Below, piece by piece: positions 25,691-32,000 of a stretch of DNA of 32,000 bases (position 1 is its first letter; every line of letters begins with the position of its first letter). The position numbers were made by a program, and so were the translations under genes. Under the pieces are notes generated by a model. The model was not told the DNA's origin and searched no databases. It saw only the letters and a list, made by a program, of their open reading frames with translations. The stretch spans positions 2,190,001-2,222,000 of the forward strand of contig NC_014972.1 of assembly GCF_000186885.1 (NCBI RefSeq). Reading direction: 5' to 3'. Source of the stretch: Desulfobulbus propionicus DSM 2032. Its GTDB lineage: Bacteria > Desulfobacterota > Desulfobulbia > Desulfobulbales > Desulfobulbaceae.

Positions 25691-26290
25691 TTAGTTTTTT
25701 TCCAGGGTCAAAAAATCGATCGCCTCGCCGTAGGCGAGCAGATCTTCGCGGGCCACCTGACGACCTTTGATGGTCACCACAAATCGGGACGCCACCACCA
25801 CGTACAGTTCTCCTGTCTTTTTGGCGCTGTCGTATTTGATGATTGCCCTTTGACCGTTGAGGGTTTCCAGCTTACCGCCACCGGCGCCGGCAAACATGGG
25901 ATTGTTGACCATCATCAGCACCGACTGCAACACCGGTGAATCGGAGACGATCTCCACACTGAGACTTGCGGCTCCCTTTTTATAATCGCGGCTGACCGTG
26001 ACACCGCCGCCGAGAATGGCGGCGCCCAAAGCCTGGGCAGTCGCTTCCTTGCCTTCCCAGCCGGACAGGGGTTCGGGCAGCAGGGCCTTCATCCGTTCGC
26101 TCTTCTGCTGACGGACCAGTTGGGCGGCATAGTCGAGATTGGACGCGGCGCCGGTATAGTCACCGGCCTCATACTGTCGGGTCGCTTCCCGGATGGTGCT
26201 GAGCACGTTGTCCTCGGCCCGCAACGGCAGGGAACCGAGAACCATCGTCACAACAAGGGCAACGATCCGTATCAGGATTTTTTCGAACAT
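25691..26290 (-). CDS. Secreted protein of unknown function
   Basis: 199 aa. GGAG RBS and an N-terminal signal-like segment, IRIVALVVTMVLGSLPLRAED. A Gly-rich core follows. I recognise no family motif. Confidence 0.65.
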   Translation of the reverse strand: MFEKILIRIVALVVTMVLGSLPLRAEDNVLSTIREATRQYEAGDYTGAASNLDYAAQLVRQQKSERMKALLPEPLSGWEGKEATAQALGAAILGGGVTVSRDYKKGAASLSVEIVSDSPVLQSVLMMVNNPMFAGAGGGKLETLNGQRAIIKYDSAKKTGELYVVVASRFVVTIKGRQVAREDLLAYGEAIDFLTLEKN

Positions 26291-26518
26291 GGGTCTCCAA
26301 ACAGTGACGCGGGGGCGAAAAATTCTGCTCTGTGATACCAGGAGGCGCTGGAGGTGTCAAGCAAAGATCAGGTCTCGCGCCTGTGGGCAATACCGACAAA
26401 CCACACCATAAATCGGCCAATTAGCACAAGACGCTTTCCACACTGTCGATGGGAAAATGCCCCTCACCACCGGCCCTTCCTTGCCGCCGTCCAGATCCAC
26501 AGCCTGCGACCCGCAGGC

Positions 26519-26547
26519 TTGACAAGCGGGACGATCTTTCCTTAAGT
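26519..26547 (+). promoter_or_regulatory. Promoter candidate for the CYTH gene (TTGACA-17-TTAAGT)
   Basis: TTGACA at 26519-26524, a 17-nt spacer, TTAAGT at 26542-26547. About 50 nt upstream of the ATG at 26599. Confidence 0.4.
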
Positions 26548-26598
26548 GCGAGCAGACTACCTCCCTCCCCTGATGTTCTTTTCCAACAGGAGACCGCC

Positions 26599-27069
26599 AT
26601 GGGTCTGGAAATCGAGCGTAAATTCCTTCTTGCCAACGACGGCTGGCGCGGCTTGGCCAAGGGTGTCGCCTATCGCCAGGGATATCTCTGCGCCAGCAAA
26701 GAGCGATCAGTACGGGTGCGAATCGCCGGCGACCAGGGTTTTCTCACCATCAAGGGCGCCACTGTGGTGGCGACCCGCAGGGAATACGAGTATCAGATTC
26801 CCCTGGCCGATGCCCACGCCATGCTCGACGATCTGTGCCCGCAGCCGCAGATCGAAAAAAAGCGCTACTCCATCCCTTATCAGGGGTTTGTGTGGGAGGT
26901 TGACGAATTTTTCGGTCTCAACCACGGGCTGATTGTGGCCGAGATTGAACTGGACCGAGAAGATCAACCGTTTGCCCGTCCGGAGTGGATCGGTCAGGAG
27001 GTCACCGGCGATAGCCGTTACGCCAATGCCGCGCTCTGCCTCCACCCCTATTCCACCTGGAGCAGGTAA
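26599..27069 (+). CDS. CYTH-domain protein (triphosphate tunnel metalloenzyme; class IV adenylate cyclase/thiamine triphosphatase fold)
   Basis: 156 aa from MGLEIERKFLL, which carries the ExExK signature, with GGAGA RBS. The upstream 50-codon ORF extension was rejected. Confidence 0.85.
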   Translation: MGLEIERKFLLANDGWRGLAKGVAYRQGYLCASKERSVRVRIAGDQGFLTIKGATVVATRREYEYQIPLADAHAMLDDLCPQPQIEKKRYSIPYQGFVWEVDEFFGLNHGLIVAEIELDREDQPFARPEWIGQEVTGDSRYANAALCLHPYSTWSR

Positions 27070-27274
27070 TGCCTCGTCCTCGGGTGGGCGGAGACGCTCC
27101 ACTTGACCGCTTCTCTTACCAATCAGTAACTATTAAGGGAAATTCTTTTGTCAGAAATATTCTTATTTGATATTGACATGCACTCCCGCTTTTGGTTAGC
27201 TTAGCCGCACAATGATTGCCCCTCGACAATTTGGCCCGCACCATGATCGTCAATTCCACAGAGAGGAGGTTCCG

Positions 27275-28738
27275 ATGCAACAGGACAAAAAAAAGCTGAC
27301 CACCAACGCCGGCGCTCCGGTTCCCGACAATCAAAACGTCCTCACCGCTGGACCGCGCGGTCCGCAGCTGCTGCAGGACGTCTGGTTCCTGGAGAAACTG
27401 GCCCATTTCGACCGTGAGGTCATTCCGGAGCGGCGCATGCACGCCAAGGGCTCCGGAGCCTATGGCACCTTCACCGTCACCCACGACATCACCCAATACT
27501 CCCGCGCCAAGATTTTTTCTCAAATCGGCAAGAAAACTGACCTATTTCTCCGTTTTTCGACCGTGGCCGGCGAGCGTGGCGCGGCCGACGCTGAACGCGA
27601 CATCCGCGGCTTTGCCGTCAAATTCTATACCGAGGAGGGTAACTGGGATCTAGTGGGCAACAACACCCCGGTCTTCTTCCTCCGCGATCCGCTCAAATTC
27701 CCGGACCTCAACCATGCGGTCAAGCGCGACCCGCGCACCAACCTGCGCAGCGCCAAGAACAACTGGGATTTCTGGACCTCCCTGCCCGAGGCCCTGCACC
27801 AGGTGACCGTGGTCATGAGCGACCGGGGCATTCCCGCCACCTACCGCCACATGCACGGGTTCGGCAGCCACACCTTCAGCTTCATCAACGCCAAAAATGA
27901 ACGCTACTGGTGCAAGTTCCATTTCAAATCGCAGCAGGGGATCAAAAACCTCACCGATGCCGAGGCCGAGACCCTGATCGGCCAGTGCCGCGAGAGTCAT
28001 CAGCGCGACCTGTACGATGCCATCGAAAAGGGCGACTTCCCCCGCTGGACCATGTATGTCCAGGTGATGACCGAAGAGCAGGCCGCCAAACTGCCCTATC
28101 ACCCCTTTGACCTGACCAAGGTCTGGTACCATTCCGACGCACCGTTGATCGAGGTCGGCGTGCTGGAACTCAACCGCAACCCGGACAACTACTTTGCCGA
28201 GGTCGAGCAGGCCGCCTTCAACCCAGCCAACGTGGTGCCCGGCATCAGTTTTTCGCCGGATAAGATGCTCCAGGGGCGGCTCTTCTCCTATGGCGACGCC
28301 CAGCGCTACCGTCTCGGGGTCAATCACCACCTCATCCCGGTCAATAGGGCCCGCTGCCCGTTCCACAGCTACCATCGTGACGGCATGATGCGGGTGGACG
28401 GCAACCATGGTTCCACCATCGGCTACGAGCCCAACAGCTACGGCGAGTGGCAGGAGCAGCCCGATTTTTCCGAACCGCCGCTGGCCTTGAGCGGTGCCGC
28501 CGCGCACTGGAACGCCCGCGAGGATGACAGCGACTACTTCACCCAGCCGGGCAAGCTCTTCCGCCTGATGACCAAGGAGCAGCAGGAGGCCCTGTTCGGC
28601 AACACCGCCCGCGCCATGGGTGACGCGCCCAGGGAAATCAAGATCCGCCATATCGGGAACTGCCACAAGGCCGACCCGGAGTACGGCAAGGGCGTGGCCG
28701 CGGCTCTGGGCATTCCGATGAGTGACGTCCCGGTCTAA
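27275..28738 (+). CDS. katA: Monofunctional heme catalase (small-subunit type)
   Basis: 487 aa from [16 protein letters not shown] with GAGAGGAGG RBS. Conserved blocks include [28 protein letters not shown] and [12 protein letters not shown]. Confidence 0.95.
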   Translation: MQQDKKKLTTNAGAPVPDNQNVLTAGPRGPQLLQDVWFLEKLAHFDREVIPERRMHAKGSGAYGTFTVTHDITQYSRAKIFSQIGKKTDLFLRFSTVAGERGAADAERDIRGFAVKFYTEEGNWDLVGNNTPVFFLRDPLKFPDLNHAVKRDPRTNLRSAKNNWDFWTSLPEALHQVTVVMSDRGIPATYRHMHGFGSHTFSFINAKNERYWCKFHFKSQQGIKNLTDAEAETLIGQCRESHQRDLYDAIEKGDFPRWTMYVQVMTEEQAAKLPYHPFDLTKVWYHSDAPLIEVGVLELNRNPDNYFAEVEQAAFNPANVVPGISFSPDKMLQGRLFSYGDAQRYRLGVNHHLIPVNRARCPFHSYHRDGMMRVDGNHGSTIGYEPNSYGEWQEQPDFSEPPLALSGAAAHWNAREDDSDYFTQPGKLFRLMTKEQQEALFGNTARAMGDAPREIKIRHIGNCHKADPEYGKGVAAALGIPMSDVPV

Positions 28739-28763
28739 CCATCATTCCCCCAACAGAGAACGC

Positions 28764-28805
28764 ACGGGCGGACGCGGAGTTTTTCCGCTCCGCCCGTTGG
28801 TTATT
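28764..28805 (+). terminator. Hairpin after the catalase gene
   Basis: acgggcggacgcgg (28764-28777) / ccgctccgcccgt (28785-28797) with one bulge, followed by tggttatt. Confidence 0.55.
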
Positions 28806-28886
28806 GTCGACGGGGTGGTGTTCGGGTGCTATACAACACACCATTCCCCTTTTTTCTTTTTTCTTAACCACGTAAAGGTGAACGCC

Positions 28887-29390
28887 ATGCATGACAACAG
28901 CATCAAACTGCTCAATCAGGCGGTGAGCGAAGAGATCGCCGCCCTCCACCAGTACATGTATTTTCATTTTCATTGCGACGATCAAGGCTACGACCTTCTG
29001 GCCGGCCTGTTCAAGCGGACAGCCATCGAGGAAATGCTCCATGTGGAGCGGCTGGCCGAACGCATCCTCTTCCTTGGCGGCGACGTGGTGATGAAAGCTT
29101 CGGACGAGGTAAAGCCGGTCCAGGACGTCAACGAAATGCTGGTCATGGCTCGGCAGATGGAACTGGAAAGCGCCGAGCATTACAATCTCTGGGCCAACGA
29201 ATGCGGCGCCGGCGCCGACAGCGTGTCCAAAAAGATCTTTGAAGATCTGGTGGTCGACGAGGAGCGCCATTACGACCAGTATGACGTGGAGTTGGGCAAC
29301 ATGAAGAAATTCGGCGCCAATTACCTGGCCCTGCAGTCGATCGAACGCAGCAAAACCCGCGCTCAAATGCAGCCGGCGGCCGGCGAATAA
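28887..29390 (+). CDS. bfr: Bacterioferritin-like ferritin-superfamily protein
   Basis: 167 aa from MHDNSIKLLNQAV with AAAGGTG RBS. Di-iron ligand pattern E..Y, IEEMLHVERL (ExxH plus the heme-ligand Met position), E...EHY and DEERH. Confidence 0.8.
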   Translation: MHDNSIKLLNQAVSEEIAALHQYMYFHFHCDDQGYDLLAGLFKRTAIEEMLHVERLAERILFLGGDVVMKASDEVKPVQDVNEMLVMARQMELESAEHYNLWANECGAGADSVSKKIFEDLVVDEERHYDQYDVELGNMKKFGANYLALQSIERSKTRAQMQPAAGE

Positions 29391-29425
29391 GCAACGCGCA
29401 ACGAGAAAAATCTTGTGACAAAAAA

Positions 29426-29460
29426 CTCGCCCCGACACGGATCGGCGGCGAGTTTTTTTT
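29426..29460 (+). terminator. Intrinsic terminator after bfr
   Basis: ctcgccccga (29426-29435) / tcggcggcgag (29442-29452) followed by T8 (29453-29460). Confidence 0.85.
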
Positions 29461-29514
29461 GTAGACACTCCCCGGTTCCGCCGGGGGGGAAGCCATTGAG
29501 ACCAGCAGTGCCGA

Positions 29515-29928
29515 TTAACGGCCCACGGCTGCCGCGTAGGCATCCTCGATCCGCGCTTCCACATAGCTGAGCGCCTCGGCGGTACAAGCCTCCAGATCAA
29601 AACAGAGGGCATCCTGGCCAAGCAGGCCGCCGGGTACAAAGGCGCCACGCTCCTCCGGATCCCGTACCATGTCGCCGAAAAAACAGACCGACAGCCACCT
29701 CGGCTGGTCCTCGATCACGTCGACCATGACAAACAGGGGCCGTTCCTGGCCAGGGACCGAGGCCCGAAGGGAATAGGTCACCCCGGGACGGGGATGAAAC
29801 GCGAGCTGGACGTCCTTCTTGCTCATCAACAGCTCCTGCAACCGAACAAATCCCTGTCTGTTTCCTTCCGGGGTTGCCGCCCAGGCTTCAACAAAGGCGT
29901 TGACCGCCTGCCGTGTTTCGTCCATCAT
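29515..29928 (-). CDS. Hypothetical protein (137 aa), no family recognised
   Basis: GGGGAGGA RBS just upstream of the tandem ATGATG start. The ORF fills the gap between the bfr terminator and the ppk2 divergent region. I cannot assign any motif. Confidence 0.55.
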   Translation of the reverse strand: MMDETRQAVNAFVEAWAATPEGNRQGFVRLQELLMSKKDVQLAFHPRPGVTYSLRASVPGQERPLFVMVDVIEDQPRWLSVCFFGDMVRDPEERGAFVPGGLLGQDALCFDLEACTAEALSYVEARIEDAYAAAVGR

Positions 29929-30157
29929 CGTTCCTCCCCACCGCCGACCGGTTGACCGGTTGACCGCTCAGCAGCTCATTTGCGTTCAAAAAAGATGTGC
30001 CTTCCTGGATTTTTCCTGTATCCATGGTAGGTTGATATATACCTGAATACCGTCGTGTACCACAAAAAAATGCGCCGGCCGCCATTTCCGCATGGTCCTG
30101 TCCATCAGGGAATACAGGACATTGCTGCAACCTAAAACCGTCACAGAGGAGAGATTC

Positions 30158-31084
30158 ATGGGGGAGAAAAAGAAGAAAGGGGAAGGCAAAGAGAAAAAAA
30201 ACGCGCCGGAAACTGTGGTCGACTTCAGGCTGCAGGAGGGAACGGCCCTGCGGTTTAAAGACGAAAAAAAGGATGACGACCACCTGGCCGTCTGGGTAAG
30301 CAAGGCTGTTCTCGCCTACGAAATGGAGCTGAAAAAGTTGCAGATCGAACTGATGAAGCTGCAGCAGGATATGAAAAAACAGGGCACCCGGGTCTTGGCC
30401 ATCTTCGAGGGGCGCGACGCCGCCGGCAAGGGCGGGACCATCAAACGGATCTCGGCCTTTCTCAACCCGCGCAATACTCGCATCGTCGCCCTGACCGCGC
30501 CCAGCGACAAGGAGGCGACCCAGTGGTATTTCCAGCGCTACGTCCCCCACTTGCCCGCGGCGGGCGAGTTGGTGCTCTTTGACCGCTCCTGGTACAACCG
30601 GGCCATGGTCGAACCGGTGATGGGCTTCTGCACCGATGAGCAGCACAAGCGCTTTCTCAAGGACGTGCCGCTGTTCGAGGAGATGCTGGTCAAGGACGGG
30701 ATCAAGCTGTTCAAGTTTTACTTCTCGGTGTCCAAGGAAGAACAGGCCAAGCGGTTTGAATCGCGCAAGACCGACATCCTCAAGCAGTACAAGCTGTCGC
30801 CGGTGGACAACCTGGCCCAGACCTACTGGGATCAGTACACGGTCAAGAAGTTCCAGATGCTCAACGAATCCAATCGCACCCTGAGTCCCTGGACCATCAT
30901 CCGCTCCGACGACAAGAAAAAGGCGCGGCTCAACTGCATCAAGCACCTCCTTGCCAACCTCGACTACGACAAGAAGCTGCCGGCCGAAGAGCTGGCCGTT
31001 GATCCCGAGATCGTCATTTCCGGCATCGACGAGATCAAGCACATGGAGAAAAACCTGTTTGATCCCGGACGGCTGCGGGGATAG
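30158..31084 (+). CDS. ppk2: Polyphosphate kinase 2 (single-domain PPK2)
   Basis: 308 aa from MGEKKKKGEG with GAGGAGAG RBS. The PPK2 Walker A is FEGRDAAGKGG, with DRSWYNR and the lid region. The 22-codon upstream extension was rejected. Confidence 0.9.
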   Translation: MGEKKKKGEGKEKKNAPETVVDFRLQEGTALRFKDEKKDDDHLAVWVSKAVLAYEMELKKLQIELMKLQQDMKKQGTRVLAIFEGRDAAGKGGTIKRISAFLNPRNTRIVALTAPSDKEATQWYFQRYVPHLPAAGELVLFDRSWYNRAMVEPVMGFCTDEQHKRFLKDVPLFEEMLVKDGIKLFKFYFSVSKEEQAKRFESRKTDILKQYKLSPVDNLAQTYWDQYTVKKFQMLNESNRTLSPWTIIRSDDKKKARLNCIKHLLANLDYDKKLPAEELAVDPEIVISGIDEIKHMEKNLFDPGRLRG

Positions 31085-31087
31085 CCC

Positions 31088-31123
31088 AAAAAAAAGCCGT
31101 CAGCCCCGCTGGGGACTGACGGC
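31088..31123 (-). terminator. Intrinsic terminator of secA (minus strand); may also stop ppk2 transcripts
   Basis: gccgtcagcccc (31096-31107) / ggggactgacggc (31111-31123). On the minus strand it is followed by T8 (complement of A8 at 31088-31095). Confidence 0.8.
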
Positions 31124-31157
31124 TTCGCACGTGCGAACTACGACGGAACGGCCTTCT

Positions 31158-32000
31158 TCAAGCGGTCTGACCGCAGCATTTCTTGTATTTTTTTCCCGAT
31201 CCACAGGGACAGGGGGCGTTGCGGCCGACCTTATCCTCGGTTCGCAGCACCGGCTTGCGCTCCATGTCAGCCGTTCCGACCGCCGCCGCGGCATTCGACC
31301 GTTTAGCCTCGGCAAGCTCTTGCTCGCGTTGCTGGCGCCGCTCCTCTTCCATCCTCGCCAGCTCGTCGTCCTGGACGATCTGGATGCGCATCAGATTGGC
31401 CACCGTATGCTGTTTGACCGCCTCGATCATGGTCATGAACAGGTTGTAGCCTTCCCGCTTGTACTCCAACAGCGGATTCTTCTGGCCGTAGCCGCGCAGG
31501 CCGATGCCCTCCTTGAGGTGGTCCATGTGCAACAGATGTTCCTTCCACAGGGTGTCGACCATCTGCAGCAGCACCATCCGTTCCAGCTGGCGCATCTGCG
31601 ACTCGCCGTTGCGGGCCTCCTGCGATGCATAGGCCTGACCGATCGATGCCCGCAGCTTGTCGACAAAGGTATCATGGTTGAGCTCCTGCCGCTCCTCCTC
31701 GGGCCAGTCAAGCTGCAGGTTGAACAGCTGCCCCACCCGCTCTTCCAAAGCGGGCCAATCCCACTCCTCGGCCGCCACCCGGCCGGGGGCGAATTCATCC
31801 GCCACCTGGGCCACGAGATCAGCGATCATGTCGTCGATGATCGGCCGGACGTTGTCGCCCTCGAGCACCTCGCGGCGCTGGCTGTAGATCACCTCGCGCT
31901 GCTTGTTCATGACGTCGTCATATTCAAGCAGGTGCTTGCGGATGTCGAAGTTATGGCCCTCGACCTTACGCTGGGCGTTTTCGATCGCCCGCGACACCAT
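31158..32000 (-). CDS. secA: Preprotein translocase ATPase SecA, C-terminal part (continues beyond the window)
   Basis: 280 aa visible, including [23 protein letters not shown] and the C-terminal zinc-binding tail [14 protein letters not shown]. Confidence 0.95.
   Translation of the reverse strand: MVSRAIENAQRKVEGHNFDIRKHLLEYDDVMNKQREVIYSQRREVLEGDNVRPIIDDMIADLVAQVADEFAPGRVAAEEWDWPALEERVGQLFNLQLDWPEEERQELNHDTFVDKLRASIGQAYASQEARNGESQMRQLERMVLLQMVDTLWKEHLLHMDHLKEGIGLRGYGQKNPLLEYKREGYNLFMTMIEAVKQHTVANLMRIQIVQDDELARMEEERRQQREQELAEAKRSNAAAAVGTADMERKPVLRTEDKVGRNAPCPCGSGKKYKKCCGQTA

Overview
The window reads as ordinary, GC-rich core chromosome. Hand counts of single 60-nt lines give about 62% GC in the thi operon and 37-53% in the sulfatase-like gene. 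I infer an anaerobic, deltaproteobacterium-like organism from gene content only: radical-SAM thiH, short thiF and thiC forms, and an ffs-dnaX-ybaB-recR cluster.

Gene order, left to right:
- a 481-nt structured non-coding leader
- a two-subunit family-I CoA-transferase
- methylmalonyl-CoA epimerase, B12-dependent methylmalonyl-CoA mutase and the MeaB GTPase
- SRP (4.5S) RNA, dnaX, ybaB and recR
- a minus-strand gntR plus TauE/SafE exporter pair with two identical palindromic operators
- a membrane-anchored LtaS/sulfatase-superfamily protein of lower GC
- a nfu-like gene and a SleB-like cell-wall hydrolase
- a TPP riboswitch followed by thiS-thiG-thiH-thiF-thiE-thiC
- a secreted MsrA-MsrB fusion and a class-C PBP (DD-carboxypeptidase)
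- an FMN riboswitch followed by ribB
- mpl, preceded by a translationally coupled 60-aa ORF and a secreted protein of unknown function
- a CYTH-domain protein, catalase and bacterioferritin
- a 137-aa unknown protein divergent from ppk2
- the 3' end of secA (truncated by the window edge)

I recognised no tRNA, rRNA, CRISPR array, transposase, integrase or toxin-antitoxin pair. I also found no multi-gene system that looks like a defence or otherwise novel module.

The most interesting items are small-scale:
- an E. coli-type A_AAA_AAG slippery heptamer in dnaX, placed just before the tau-specific C-terminal domain
- the hairpin-dense leader with a complete terminator ahead of the CoA-transferase operon
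- duplicated GntR operators
- a strong promoter 100 nt upstream of the SRP RNA
- the small ORF coupled to mpl

All coordinates for RNA elements, promoters and corrected start codons come from reading the sequence by eye and should be treated as approximate.
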